Part shown: positions 26,701 to 36,861 of the stretch, piece by piece
Layout of the letters: every line of letters begins with the position of its first letter
Numbering within the stretch: the stretch's first letter is position 1
Assembly: GCA_041920275.1 (NCBI GenBank)
Contig: JAYRSE010000001.1
Span: 2,004-66,003 of the forward strand
DNA: 64,000 bases
Reading direction: 5' to 3'
Source: Minisyncoccota bacterium
Lineage (GTDB): Bacteria; Patescibacteriota; Minisyncoccia; Phycocordibacterales; UBA12088
Position numbers and translations under genes: made by a program
Notes under the pieces: model-generated
What the model was told of the DNA's origin: nothing
Database searches by the model: none
What the model saw: the letters and a program-made list of their open reading frames with translations, nothing else

Positions 26701-27039
26701 GCGGTGGCGGGAGTACCGCTTACGGCGACCGCACTCATCGGCTTCATTGCACTCATTGGAATCGTCGTTAATAACGCGATCATCTTTCTTGAACGTTTCG
26801 ATGAGGTGCGGCAAGACGGTCTCGCCTATGATGCGGCTCTTGTGGAGGCGGCGCGTTCTCGTTTGCGGCCGATACTCCTTACATCGCTCACCACGGTGCT
26901 CGGCTCGCTCACGATCGCGTTCGATCCCGTGTGGAGCGGTCTTGCGTGGGCGATCGTCTTCGGCCTCTCGCTCTCTACGCTCCTTACGCTCGTGGTACTG
27001 CCGACGCTGTTGGTCTACACGGGACGGGGAGACAAATGA
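23773..27039 (+). CDS. RND efflux permease (AcrB/CusA superfamily)
   Basis: SLGLLVDAAIVVVE, GIVVNNAI, RLRPILLT; two large extracytoplasmic loops. Confidence 0.92.
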   Translation: MKHEQSPFGRNNEEGVPTTLVHDTVSDSSEGLNWTGKLAETFVMNRSLSLLIVGLALAFGVFGFLATPKQYNPQITRPAFIVEVSYPGATVDEGYRLVATELVEKVQALAGVDEVTVQVRDGASIAAVVIFDVGFSKDTAKVSLQTQLAQHSYLARGAIRQPTIRELDPDEVPILTVRIVGAEHSLASLREHAVSVSHVLADVPGVAEVEVHGGYAPALVVELLPEEMARSGASLGDVQRALADASTEHSLLALGDGTRRVVVDIENAAMTPEALAEVGVHQSVRLGDIARIYEGTKEVSSYVRALYPDGVPEDAILLSVSKRGTASAPSVSRDVLEALRATLTNTAHTGVSFEVINDDGAMASAEIGGLMMNLIQSIVIVGAVLMLFLSPRSAVVVGLSIPLTMLIVFGLGYLEGQTVNRITLFALILSLGLLVDAAIVVVEAIHTATKRVCSEQARVRAVVRAVNGIGVGLFLSMLTSVVVFMPMLFITGMMGPYMGPIAFFVPAALLVSFLIAVTVMPYFALSFMRSDERTTAASRFFNGLIETITRRYSDLLCSIIGSRVIQRRVLVSAGIAFALALTLPVAQFVHFQMLPKADRDQYFVYVDMPAGTDVVATRVAAEEVARIALADEYARSVQLFVADSQVLDFNGMFKGAHVRTAPHQATLRVNLVPKGERDDSSTDIVERARAEYAEHDVASKAERVRFVEDPPGPPVSATFVAKVFSGEHADRVAVSNGLYELLRGVSGIVDVDDGAEEGYLRAVLTVDHVAARSFGVSVEDIHSALTVLGAPVEGAQYHDAHLAEYAPIELRVPREARSAPSDLSFVTVRSREGVPVPLESRVDIRYERSREPVHTEGMVPIRSVTAETQGRSIVYVMLEVMRKARSEGIAGYHVIAWDLFGMDLKRDGARVRIEWGGEWEMTLENFRDLGLAMLAAIFFVYAILVAQYRTFRTPGLILTTVPLGLVGILAGFSVLDAVAGVPLTATALIGFIALIGIVVNNAIIFLERFDEVRQDGLAYDAALVEAARSRLRPILLTSLTTVLGSLTIAFDPVWSGLAWAIVFGLSLSTLLTLVVLPTLLVYTGRGDK

Positions 27040-27143
27040 CCGCGCTTGGAGCGATCCGTTTGTGCACAGGGCGGGGGTGGTAATGATGCGAAGTATGTGG
27101 TACTGTTGCGCCTGCCAGTGTAACTCTACCGTATCGATCCTCC

Positions 27144-27452
27144 ATGCCCTACCTGCAGACCATTCTCGATGCCGAAGAACAAGCGCGCACCATACGCGAA
27201 AAGGCCGAGCGTGAAGCCGCGGCAATCGTGTCCGAGAAACGAACGGAGATTGCGGAGCGATTCGAAGCGCTCAAACTATCGCTCGATACCAAGCGGAGCG
27301 AGACGCTTGCCGAACGGAGAGTGCTCCTTGATCGTGCGTACGATACCGCGCTCGCTCATGCGAACGATGAAGCGAAGCGGCTGGTCGAACAGGTGCGACC
27401 GCGCGAGGTGCAAGCAGTCGCTCGAATTCGCGCTCGCGTGCTCGATCGGTGA
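27144..27452 (+). CDS. V/A-type ATPase subunit G/H (peripheral stalk)
   Basis: ILDAEEQARTIREKA coiled coil; first gene of operon. Confidence 0.75.
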   Translation: MPYLQTILDAEEQARTIREKAEREAAAIVSEKRTEIAERFEALKLSLDTKRSETLAERRVLLDRAYDTALAHANDEAKRLVEQVRPREVQAVARIRARVLDR

Positions 27453-27490
27453 GAGTCGTTGCGCACCGATATCACCATATCACATACCAT

Positions 27491-29443
27491 ATGGCAGTTC
27501 TCCCGATGCAGAAGATCCGTTTGTACTTGCATCGAGGATCTGCAAGCGAGGTGTTGCGTGCGATCCAAAAACTCGGGGTGCTCCATCTCGAGGAGGTGAC
27601 GATCGGGGAAAGAGAGCTTGTTACCCGTGAGAAGGAGGCATTTGAATTCAATTACGCGAGCAGTCGTCTCGAGCTTGCCGTTCGGTTCCTCTCACGGTAC
27701 GAGGTTCCGAAGACCGGTCTACGCGCCGTGGTGGAAGGTACGAAAGTACGCATCACCGGAACGGCGCTCTACGAGGTGGTACAGACATTTGATTACAATA
27801 CGGTGGTGGATGCGGTGCAGGACATCGAACGCACGATCGTCGACGCCCGAACACGGATCGAAGAGCTTGAGGCGGAACGCGCACTGCTCGAACGCTGGCG
27901 CGGACTCGATCGAGTACTTGCCGCGGGACGAGAGACACCGTCCACCCGCACTCACTTTGTGGCCGGCACACTCGCGGGGGCGCACGATCTCTTGGTGTCG
28001 ATGTGTGCGGAACGATCGATCGTGTATCACACACTTATCGCCTCAGATACCGATCGATTGTATGCCATACATAGAAATGACGAAGCATCGTTCTTGCGAT
28101 GTGTTGCCGATTCCGGTTGCGAGACGGTCGAACTGCCACTCAGGCGCGGTACTCCCGCGGAAGAGCTTGAGCGTATCGATCGTGCACTCGGCTCGCAGCG
28201 TGAAGATATCGTTCATGCGGAGAGGCGAGCGGCAGAGATGGCGCGCGAATCTCTCGATAACCTCCGTGTCGTGAGCGATTACATGCTTTGGCAGAAAGAG
28301 AAGCATGATCTGCTTTCCACCGCCCGTGCAAGCGCCGAAACGATCGTGTTCGAAGGATGGTCTCCGACCGCGGACCTGCACGTCCTCGAGGAGCGTATCA
28401 AGAACAAGACCGAGCGGTACGCCCTTGAGTCGGTGGCACCGCATGAAGATGAGACGCCACCCGTGGAGTTGCGCAATCATCCCGCGATCGCACCGTTCGA
28501 GACCGTGACCCGTCTGTACGGACTTCCCGGACATACCGACCTTGACCCGACAGCATACCTTGCGGGGTTCTTCTTCCTCTTTTTCGGACTCGCACTCTCC
28601 GATCTGGGCTACGGACTCGTGATGGTGATGGGTCTCGGGTACATACTATACCGTTACCGTGTGCCAAAAACGGTTCGACCGATGCTTATTCTCATGTTTG
28701 CGGGAGGTGTTTCCACCACAGTTGTCGGTGCGTTGTACGGCGGGTACTTCGGTGTTTCGATGGACGTGATGCCGGAGTGGGTGAGGTCTTTGCAGATTTT
28801 TGATCCGATCAAAGATCCGATGCCGGTATTTTATCTCGCGCTTGCGCTCGGTGTGTTGCAGATCACGGTGGGTTTGTTCCTGTCAATGGTCTCTGAGGCA
28901 AGGAACGGGCGTCTGCTCACCGGTATTGCGGAAAAGGGTCCATGGGTCGGATTTTTTCTCTTCGGCAGTGCATTGCTTGGCGCACGCCTTGCATACATTC
29001 CGGGATCGGTCGATATGTACCGGTATGGTGTATACGCGTGCATTGCGAGCATTGTTGCGGTTGCGGCATACAAAGAAAAAAACTGGTTCCTGAAACCGAT
29101 CAAAGGCGTGTTGAGTTTGTACGACCTGGTTGCGTATTTTTCCGACATACTTTCATATTCACGCCTCCTTGCGTTGGGACTTGCTACGAGCGCACTCGCG
29201 TACGCAGTGAATCTCATAGCGGCAATGGTGCAAGACGCGCCGTACTATTCGGGGTATATCTTCATGACGGCAATACTGTTGGTAGGGCACCTGTTCAATC
29301 TTGCGCTTAACGTGCTTGGTGCATTCATTCATTCCGCTCGCTTGCAATTCGTTGAGTTCTTCGGCAAATTTGTGAACGGTACCGGGAGGCCGTATGCACC
29401 GTTCAGGCGGCGAGAACGGTATGTGGAGCTGGTCGATTCGTGA
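27491..29443 (+). CDS. atpI: V/A-type ATP synthase subunit I (a)
   Basis: DPT..FFG..DLGYG, DILSYSRLLALGL, IHSARLQFVEFFGKF. Confidence 0.95.
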   Translation: MAVLPMQKIRLYLHRGSASEVLRAIQKLGVLHLEEVTIGERELVTREKEAFEFNYASSRLELAVRFLSRYEVPKTGLRAVVEGTKVRITGTALYEVVQTFDYNTVVDAVQDIERTIVDARTRIEELEAERALLERWRGLDRVLAAGRETPSTRTHFVAGTLAGAHDLLVSMCAERSIVYHTLIASDTDRLYAIHRNDEASFLRCVADSGCETVELPLRRGTPAEELERIDRALGSQREDIVHAERRAAEMARESLDNLRVVSDYMLWQKEKHDLLSTARASAETIVFEGWSPTADLHVLEERIKNKTERYALESVAPHEDETPPVELRNHPAIAPFETVTRLYGLPGHTDLDPTAYLAGFFFLFFGLALSDLGYGLVMVMGLGYILYRYRVPKTVRPMLILMFAGGVSTTVVGALYGGYFGVSMDVMPEWVRSLQIFDPIKDPMPVFYLALALGVLQITVGLFLSMVSEARNGRLLTGIAEKGPWVGFFLFGSALLGARLAYIPGSVDMYRYGVYACIASIVAVAAYKEKNWFLKPIKGVLSLYDLVAYFSDILSYSRLLALGLATSALAYAVNLIAAMVQDAPYYSGYIFMTAILLVGHLFNLALNVLGAFIHSARLQFVEFFGKFVNGTGRPYAPFRRRERYVELVDS

Positions 29444-29513
29444 CCGGCTACCAGGGTGTCGAAGGGCGATATCGTGGCATTATTCTTTACCAATTAATTA
29501 ACATCATTTACTT

Positions 29514-29996
29514 ATGGAAGGATCAATCACGTGGGGAGTGGCATTCGTCATGCTTGCAGCGGCATTGCCTGCGATACTCGGATTTATCGGCTCCGCCCTT
29601 GGCATGGCTACAGCAGGAAAAGCGGCAGCAGGTGTCGTGGCCGAGAAGCCCGACCTTTTTGGCAAGTTGCTCTTGATGCAGGCACTTCCGGGTTCACAGG
29701 GTATCTACGGTTTGGTGATCTCGTTTCTTGTGTTGCAGTTCAGTGGAGTTCTTGGTGCATCGGAACTGCCTAATGTTTCCAATATGAGCGGTGTGTTGTA
29801 CCTACTTGCCTCGTTGCCGCTCGCCATTTCAGCTATCGCAAGTGCGATTCTGCAGGGCAAGGTCGCTGCAAACGGTATCCTTTCGATTGCCAAGGATGGC
29901 ACATTGGTCGGAAAGGTGCTCCTGTTCGCGGCCATGATCGAGACATGGGCGATCTTCGGCTTCTTGATCACGGTCATTCTATTGTTGTCGATCTAG
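29514..29996 (+). CDS. atpK: V/A-type ATP synthase subunit K (c), 4-TM NtpK type
   Basis: QALPGSQGIYG, QGKVA, AAMIETWAI. Confidence 0.93.
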   Translation: MEGSITWGVAFVMLAAALPAILGFIGSALGMATAGKAAAGVVAEKPDLFGKLLLMQALPGSQGIYGLVISFLVLQFSGVLGASELPNVSNMSGVLYLLASLPLAISAIASAILQGKVAANGILSIAKDGTLVGKVLLFAAMIETWAIFGFLITVILLLSI

Positions 29997-30010
29997 CACA
30001 TTGCACTACC

Positions 30011-30583
30011 ATGGCACTCGAAGACCTTGTTCGGAAGATAGTCCGCGATGTTGAAGAGTCGGCGGATGCGATGCGTGCCTCCGCGAAGCGGACCGCGGAG
30101 GTGTTGGACCGTGAGGCGAGGGAGCGTGAAGAGGAGTACGTCGCTCGCTTTGCACACGAAACGGAGACGCTCTGTGCGAAAGAAAAGGCATCTGCAGATG
30201 AGCGCGCGCGTCGCGATGCGCAGATGGTGCTGGAGAAGGAGCGGCGGCGTTTGCTCGACGGCGTCTTTGCGAGCGTGGAAGAAGAAATGACCGGTGTCGA
30301 TGCGGACACGTATCGCGCGTTCGTTCGTGCCGAACTCGTACGCATCGCATCCGATCTTTCCACACTCCATACGTTCTACGCACCCGCTTGCTACAGTGCT
30401 ATCGTGGAGGAGGAGGTGCGTGCCGCGGGCGGAACCGCACGGGTCGGCGTGCGTGATGATGTGCGGAACGGTTTTGTCGCCGTCGGTGATGTCTGTGAGT
30501 ATGACCTTCGTTTCGATCGGCTTGTCCTTCAAGTGAAACGTGCCTGCGAGCCGGAGGTCGCGAACATGCTCTTTATGTCCTGA
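30011..30583 (+). CDS. atpE: V/A-type ATP synthase subunit E
   Basis: MALEDLVRKI coiled coil, C-terminal EVANMLF; operon position. Confidence 0.85.
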   Translation: MALEDLVRKIVRDVEESADAMRASAKRTAEVLDREAREREEEYVARFAHETETLCAKEKASADERARRDAQMVLEKERRRLLDGVFASVEEEMTGVDADTYRAFVRAELVRIASDLSTLHTFYAPACYSAIVEEEVRAAGGTARVGVRDDVRNGFVAVGDVCEYDLRFDRLVLQVKRACEPEVANMLFMS

Positions 30584-30591
30584 ACATTCGT

Positions 30592-31575
30592 ATGGCCGAT
30601 TACATGTATGCAGGTGCACGGGTCAAGGCATTGGAGTCGATGCTCCTTTCGGCTTCACAGATCGAGCTTTTGGTGTCTGCCAAAGGCCCCGACGAATTAT
30701 ATGCCGCACTGTACGATTCCTACCTGGCCTCATACCTGAGACGCAATACCGAGCACGACATACTTTCGGCACTTGAGGAGCAGGTCAATGATACGAAGAT
30801 GCTTCTGCTATCGATCGTGCCGGAACCGCACGTACTCGATATTCTCTGGATCAAGTACGATTACCACAACGTAATGGTGATCGTGAAGGGGGTGCGTACG
30901 GGCGCTTCGGATGCCGAGATGCTCGCATCATGCTACATGCAGGGAACGGTGGAGCCGGGAGTGCTGATTGAGCATATGCGAACGGGAACACTTTCGTCGT
31001 TCGAACCGGAACTCGCCGAGGCCTTTCGTGACGGAATGGCCTCGACGTTGCCGGGTGCGGTCGATGAAGTTTGCAATGCATTGTATTTTGCGCACGCGCT
31101 TCGAGTGGCGTCGGTGAGCGGCGATCCGTTCGCACTTGCGTATGTCCGTGCGCTCATCGATCTTTTCAACATCAAGGCGCTTGCGCGTGGGGAGTTGCGT
31201 GACACGTTTCGTTCGAGACGAGCACTCGTTTCAGGAGGCGTGTGTCCGGTGTTCGATTCGTTCGATCCGGCACGCCTCGTTCGTTCCTATGCGTGCTACG
31301 GCGGGGAGGACCAATGGAGGACGGTCTTTCAGTCTGTGCGGGAAGGAGGGACGGCGATACCGCTCGAGAAACTGGCGGACGAATCGTTTGCGGAATGGTT
31401 GCGTGCACAAGCAATGTCGGTCATTGGTCTTGCAAATGTTGTGTGGTATTTCCATGCCGTGAAGAACAACGCACAGATCATTTCCGCGATCAGCAAAGCA
31501 AAGCGAGCGAACATGCCGGAGAAGGAGCTGCGATCCATCCTGCGGATCCCGTCGTCTAACAAGCAAAGAGTATGA
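30592..31575 (+). CDS. atpC: V/A-type ATP synthase subunit C (d)
   Basis: Y.YAGARVKALES.LL, YDYHN, IDLFNI. Confidence 0.85.
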   Translation: MADYMYAGARVKALESMLLSASQIELLVSAKGPDELYAALYDSYLASYLRRNTEHDILSALEEQVNDTKMLLLSIVPEPHVLDILWIKYDYHNVMVIVKGVRTGASDAEMLASCYMQGTVEPGVLIEHMRTGTLSSFEPELAEAFRDGMASTLPGAVDEVCNALYFAHALRVASVSGDPFALAYVRALIDLFNIKALARGELRDTFRSRRALVSGGVCPVFDSFDPARLVRSYACYGGEDQWRTVFQSVREGGTAIPLEKLADESFAEWLRAQAMSVIGLANVVWYFHAVKNNAQIISAISKAKRANMPEKELRSILRIPSSNKQRV

Positions 31576-31910
31576 GTACGTACCGTATCGCGATCGTAGG
31601 GCCGATCGATGTCGTTTCCGGCTTTCGCGCGTTTGGTGTCGATGTGTTTCCCGCCGAGCGGGCCTCCGTGCTACTCGAGACACTCGCGAAAATGCGCAAA
31701 GAAAGTGCGGACGGCAAGGGCGAGTACGCGGTTGTGATAGCGATCGAATCTCTCGTTGCTGAGGTGCCGCGTGATGAGTGGGAACGCACCACGCGAGGTG
31801 TGCTTCCCGCCGTTGTCGTGCTGCCCGGGATCGAGGGATCGAGCGGGCAGGGGATACGCACCTTGCGCAAGCTCGCGGAGCGAGCGGTCGGGAGCGATAT
31901 TTTACAATAG
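31572..31910 (+). CDS. atpF: V/A-type ATP synthase subunit F
   Basis: IAIVG..VSGFRAFG, ERAVGSDI. Confidence 0.9.
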   Translation: MSTYRIAIVGPIDVVSGFRAFGVDVFPAERASVLLETLAKMRKESADGKGEYAVVIAIESLVAEVPRDEWERTTRGVLPAVVVLPGIEGSSGQGIRTLRKLAERAVGSDILQ

Positions 31911-31942
31911 TGAAAATTATCAGTGGGGTAATAATTTTACAT

Positions 31943-33733
31943 ATGAATGATCATGCAACAGAGCACGGTGGCGCGGGAACGATCGTTCGCGTGTCGGGTC
32001 CGCTCGTCCAGGCGAACGGCATGCGTGCGGCAAAGATGTATGAAGTGGTGAAGGTCTCGGACCGGGAGCTGTTGGGCGAGGTCATTCAGCTCGAGGGGGA
32101 TGTGGCTTCGATCCAGGTGTATGAAGAGACTGCGGGGATCGGTCCCGGTGAGCGTGTGGTGCGAACGGGACATACCATGACGGTGATGCTCGCACCCGGT
32201 CTCCTCACCAGCATATATGACGGCATACAGCGTCCGTTATCCGACATTGAAGCGCATTCCGGTGGACACTACATCACACGGGGCATCAGCGCGTCAGGCA
32301 TCGATCTTTCTCGGACCTGGGACTTCGTTCCCGTTGTCAAAGAAGGATCATCGGTCATCGCCGGCGATGTTTTGGGTGAAGTGCGAGAAACGACGCTCAT
32401 CACGCACAAGATCATGGTCCCTCCCGGTATCGCGGGGGTGGTGCGAAAGATCGAGAAGGGTGCTCACACCGTTTCGGACGTGATCGCGCTCATTGTGAAT
32501 GAGCAGGGTGTCGAGTGTCCCGTGAGCATGCTTCAACGCTGGCCGATCCGCACACCGCGACCGACCGCGGCGAAATTGTTTCCCGATCAGCCGCTCGTGA
32601 CCGGTGGGCGTTCGATCGATATGTTCTTCCCCATAGCGAAGGGCGGAGCCGGATGCATTCCGGGTCCGTTCGGTGCGGGTAAGACCGTGACGCAGCAATC
32701 GATCGCCAAGTACTGCGATGCAGAGGTCATCGTGTACATCGGCTGTGGCGAGCGGGGTAACGAAATGACCGAAGTGTTGAGCGAGTTCCCGCATCTTATC
32801 GACCCGAACTCGGGCGAGCCGCTGATGAAGCGCACGGTCCTCATCGCGAACACGTCGAATATGCCGGTCGCCGCCCGAGAAGCGAGCGTGTATACCGGTA
32901 TCACGATCGCCGAATACTATCGGGATATGGGATACTCCGTTGCGCTCATGGCCGATTCAACGTCACGGTGGGCCGAAGCGATGCGTGAGATCAGCGGCCG
33001 TATGGAGGAAATGCCGGGTGAGGAAGGGTATCCCGCATACCTTTCGAGTCGTACGGCGGAGTTCTATGAACGTGCGGGGCGTGTTCGCTGTTTGGGAAGC
33101 GATGCGCGCACCGGCGCTCTGACCGTCATCGGCGCGGTCTCTCCTCCGGGTGGCGACCTTTCCGAACCGGTATCGCAGGCCACCTTGCGTGTCACCAAAT
33201 GTTTCTGGGGGCTCGACGGCGCTCTTGCGTACAAGAAACATTTCCCCTCGATCAACTGGCTTACCAGCTATTCGCTCTACGCGGAGAATTTCAAGGAATA
33301 CTGGTCGCACCATATCGCGTCCGATTTCACCGAAGTGCGAGGGGAAGCACTCTCGTTGCTGCAGCGCGAGGCGAAGCTTATGGAGATCGTGCGGTTGGTC
33401 GGCATGGAGGCGTTGAGCAATGAGGAGAAGTTGGTGCTCGAAGTGGCACGCGCGCTCCGTGAGGATTACCTGTTCCAAAACGCATTCGACAAAGACGATG
33501 CGTACACGGCACCGAAGGTGCAGTACCAGATCGTTAGAACGATCGTGACGCTCTACACCGAAGGGAAAGAGGTCCTCTCCGATCCGGAGGTAGAGTTTTC
33601 TCGTTTTCGTGAATTGCCGAACGTGCGAAAGATCGCCACACTGAAAACACTTAAGGAGGAACGGGACTTCACGGCGTTTCGTACCGAGCTTCACGAGCAG
33701 ATTATCGGCTTACGCGCGAGCGAGCGCGTCTAA
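31943..33733 (+). CDS. atpA: V/A-type ATP synthase catalytic subunit A
   Basis: [36 protein letters not shown]. Confidence 0.98.
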   Translation: MNDHATEHGGAGTIVRVSGPLVQANGMRAAKMYEVVKVSDRELLGEVIQLEGDVASIQVYEETAGIGPGERVVRTGHTMTVMLAPGLLTSIYDGIQRPLSDIEAHSGGHYITRGISASGIDLSRTWDFVPVVKEGSSVIAGDVLGEVRETTLITHKIMVPPGIAGVVRKIEKGAHTVSDVIALIVNEQGVECPVSMLQRWPIRTPRPTAAKLFPDQPLVTGGRSIDMFFPIAKGGAGCIPGPFGAGKTVTQQSIAKYCDAEVIVYIGCGERGNEMTEVLSEFPHLIDPNSGEPLMKRTVLIANTSNMPVAAREASVYTGITIAEYYRDMGYSVALMADSTSRWAEAMREISGRMEEMPGEEGYPAYLSSRTAEFYERAGRVRCLGSDARTGALTVIGAVSPPGGDLSEPVSQATLRVTKCFWGLDGALAYKKHFPSINWLTSYSLYAENFKEYWSHHIASDFTEVRGEALSLLQREAKLMEIVRLVGMEALSNEEKLVLEVARALREDYLFQNAFDKDDAYTAPKVQYQIVRTIVTLYTEGKEVLSDPEVEFSRFRELPNVRKIATLKTLKEERDFTAFRTELHEQIIGLRASERV

Positions 33734-33747
33734 TTAGAGTAACGACC

Positions 33748-35124
33748 ATGTATCGAGAATATAAAACAGTGACCTCAGTTTCGGGACCGCTCCTGGTCGT
33801 GCGCAAGGTCGAGGGTGTGAAGTACGAGGAATTGGTGGAGGTGTCGGTTCCGGGAGAGACGAAGCCGCGACTCGGCAAGGTGCTCGATGTCGCCGGCGAC
33901 AAGGCGGTCGTGCAGATGTTCGCACCGACCGCGGGTATACCGACCGAAGATACCAAGGTGCGCTTTCGCGGTGAGACATTCACCTTCGGGGTGGCAAAGA
34001 ACATGTTGGGACGCATCTTTTCCGGCGGAGGTACGGTGATCGACGGGGGTCCTGACCTCATTCCCGAAAAGCATATCGACATAGCCGGGGCTCCCATCAA
34101 TCCGTACAGTCGCGAGTACCCGAACGATTTCATCCAGACCGGTATCTCTTCGATCGACGTGATGAATACCTTGGTACGAGGACAGAAGCTCCCCATCTTC
34201 TCGGGATCGGGATTGCCACACAATCGTCTGGCCGCGCAGATCGCGCGACAGGCGAAGGTGACGACCGGCGAAGAGTTCGCGATCGTGTTTGCGACCATGG
34301 GTGTCACCTTCGAGGAGGCGGAGTACTTCAAGCGTGAGTTCGAGAAGGCGGGGGCGCTTTCGCGTTCCGTGCTCTTTGTGAACACTGCGGCTGACCCCGT
34401 GGTCGAACGCATTGCGGTGCCCAGGCTCGCGCTCACGACCGCGGAATACCTTGCGTTCGAGCATGACATGCATGTGCTTGTGGTATTGACCGACATGACC
34501 AACTACGCCGAGGCGCTGCGCGAGGTCTCGAGCGCCCGCAAGGAGGTGCCGGGTCGGCGCGGGTATCCCGGATACCTCTATACCGACTTCTCGACCATAT
34601 ATGAACGTGCCGGGCGGGTGAAGGGGAAAAAGGGCACCATTACGCAGATCCCGATCCTCACCATGCCGGACGATGACAAGACGCATCCGATCCCCGATCT
34701 CACCGGCTACATCACGGAAGGTCAATGTATCGTTTCGCGAGAATTTCACACCAAGGGTCTTTTCCCACCGATCGATGTGCAGGGCTCTCTCTCGCGACTG
34801 TGGTCGGCCGGCGTGGGCTCCGATAAGACGAGGGAGGATCATGCGCAGGTCAAGGACCAACTCTTCGCTTCGTATGCGCACGGCAGAGAGATGCGCGAGC
34901 TCGCTGTGGTGTTGGGAGAATCATCGCTCGACGAGGTGGATAAGCTACATTTGATTTTTGCGGATGCGTTCGAGCGTCAATTTTTGAGTCAAGGAGAGTT
35001 TGTCGACCGTCCGGTCACCGAGTCGCTCGATATCGGCTGGAAGCTGCTCTCGATGCTTCCGGTGGAAACCTTGAAGCGCGTCAAGTCTGACATGATCGCG
35101 AAGTATATGCCGAAGTCGGAGTAA
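33748..35124 (+). CDS. atpB: V/A-type ATP synthase subunit B
   Basis: [43 protein letters not shown]. Confidence 0.98.
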   Translation: MYREYKTVTSVSGPLLVVRKVEGVKYEELVEVSVPGETKPRLGKVLDVAGDKAVVQMFAPTAGIPTEDTKVRFRGETFTFGVAKNMLGRIFSGGGTVIDGGPDLIPEKHIDIAGAPINPYSREYPNDFIQTGISSIDVMNTLVRGQKLPIFSGSGLPHNRLAAQIARQAKVTTGEEFAIVFATMGVTFEEAEYFKREFEKAGALSRSVLFVNTAADPVVERIAVPRLALTTAEYLAFEHDMHVLVVLTDMTNYAEALREVSSARKEVPGRRGYPGYLYTDFSTIYERAGRVKGKKGTITQIPILTMPDDDKTHPIPDLTGYITEGQCIVSREFHTKGLFPPIDVQGSLSRLWSAGVGSDKTREDHAQVKDQLFASYAHGREMRELAVVLGESSLDEVDKLHLIFADAFERQFLSQGEFVDRPVTESLDIGWKLLSMLPVETLKRVKSDMIAKYMPKSE

Positions 35125-35137
35125 TCGAACCGGTCCC

Positions 35138-35788
35138 ATGATACTCAAGATAAGTCCAACCCGTGTCGCTCTGCTCAACCTGAAACGTGAACTCAAGGTC
35201 GCCGAGAAGGGGTACAAGCTGCTGAAAGACAAACGCGATGGCCTCATGAAGGTGTTCCTTGCCGTCATTCGCGATGCGCGCGCGTTGCGTGCGGACATCG
35301 AGGATCGTTCCGGTGATGCGTTTGCCATGTACGCCCGAGCGAGCGCTCTCATACACACCAAGAACTTGCAGGCGGCGTTCCTTGAGCCCGGCGTGTCCTT
35401 TGCGCTTGAAGTGAGTACCGCGCATGTCATGAGTGTGCCGGTGCCGACGTTCGACATTAAAAAGAGCGGTGATCCCTATGCGTACGGCATGTTGGAGTCG
35501 AACGCGGACCTCGATGCGTCGATCGAGCGTTTCGACGGTGTGCTCACCGATATCGTCCGTTTGGCGGCGCTCGAAAAGACCGCCGAACGATTGGCGGAAG
35601 AGATCGAACGAACGCGCAGAAGGGTTTCCGCACTCGAGAACACGCGTATCCCGAACCTCCGCGACACGATCCGTTTCATCAATCAGCAGCTCGAAGAGCG
35701 TGCACGCGATGCGGTGGTCTCGACCATGCGCGTCAAGGCGATGATATTGGCGAAAGAAGAGCGACTTTCCGAAGAGGCCCGCGAATGA
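35138..35788 (+). CDS. atpD: V/A-type ATP synthase subunit D
   Basis: PTR..L..LK..GYKLLKDKRD, EIERTRRRVSALE. Confidence 0.96.
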   Translation: MILKISPTRVALLNLKRELKVAEKGYKLLKDKRDGLMKVFLAVIRDARALRADIEDRSGDAFAMYARASALIHTKNLQAAFLEPGVSFALEVSTAHVMSVPVPTFDIKKSGDPYAYGMLESNADLDASIERFDGVLTDIVRLAALEKTAERLAEEIERTRRRVSALENTRIPNLRDTIRFINQQLEERARDAVVSTMRVKAMILAKEERLSEEARE

Positions 35789-35834
35789 TGGTCGCTTTCT
35801 CCCGCGGGTCGAAGTGGGGTATACTACACATCTC

Positions 35835-36791
35835 ATGCTTACGGCCCTCTTGATGCTCGTGCTCGGATTCGCGCTTTTGATAAAAGGTGCCGATCTTCTT
35901 GTGGATGGTGCGAGCTCCTTCGCAAAGCGCTTCGGTGTGTCCGACCTCATGATCGGTCTTACCGTCGTTGCATTCGGCACCTCGGCGCCCGAGTTCGTGG
36001 TGACGCTTCGATCCGCGCTCGATGGGAACACGGGAATCGCGATCGGAAACATTCTGGGGAGCAATATCGCGAACATTCTGCTCATTCTGGGTCTGGCATC
36101 GCTCGTGCGCCCGCTCGCGGTACAGCGTATGACCACTTACAAGGAGATCCCTTTCTCGCTCCTTGCCGCACTGATGCTCTACGTTCTCGTGAATGACGTG
36201 TCGTTGAACGGCGGGGCGGCGGCGATGCTCTCTATGGCGGACGGCCTCGTGTTCTTGGGATTTTTCATTATCTTTCTCTACTATGTGTTCGGTATCGCCA
36301 AGATCGACGCCGGTGATTCGGATGAGGCGGTGAAGCGGCACTCAAAGAGTAAAAGTGCGGCACTGGTCGCACTCGGACTCGCAGGTCTGGTGCTCGGAGG
36401 TGGATGGGTGGTCGACAGTGCGATAACACTCGCTTCTCTTTGGGGCATGAGTGAAGCGGTGATCGGGCTTACGGTCGTTGCGGTCGGCACGTCGCTCCCC
36501 GAGTTGTTCACTTCGATCGTTGCCGCCTACAAGGGCAAGGTGGATATTGCGATCGGCAACGTGGTGGGGTCGAACATATTCAATATCTTTTGGATACTCG
36601 GGTCCGTGGCGGTCTTCTCACCGCTCCCGTTCGATCTTGCGAGCAATGTCGACGTGATCGCGGTCCTGCTTTCCACGGCGCTCCTCTTCATCTGGATGTT
36701 CGTCGGGCGTCGACATGTGCTGCAACGGTGGCAGGGAGGGGTGTTCATAGGTCTTTATGTCGCGTATGTCGCGTACCTGCTCATACGTTGA
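35835..36791 (+). CDS. Ca2+/Na+ antiporter (YrbG/CaCA family)
   Basis: Alpha repeats GTSAPE..GNILGSN and GTSLPE..GNVVGSN. Confidence 0.93.
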   Translation: MLTALLMLVLGFALLIKGADLLVDGASSFAKRFGVSDLMIGLTVVAFGTSAPEFVVTLRSALDGNTGIAIGNILGSNIANILLILGLASLVRPLAVQRMTTYKEIPFSLLAALMLYVLVNDVSLNGGAAAMLSMADGLVFLGFFIIFLYYVFGIAKIDAGDSDEAVKRHSKSKSAALVALGLAGLVLGGGWVVDSAITLASLWGMSEAVIGLTVVAVGTSLPELFTSIVAAYKGKVDIAIGNVVGSNIFNIFWILGSVAVFSPLPFDLASNVDVIAVLLSTALLFIWMFVGRRHVLQRWQGGVFIGLYVAYVAYLLIR

Positions 36792-36861
36792 CACCTCCAC
36801 GGGCGTGGATAGTTTTGTTGTTTATGTACAAACTAAAGCCGCCGAAATGGCGGCGTACGAT

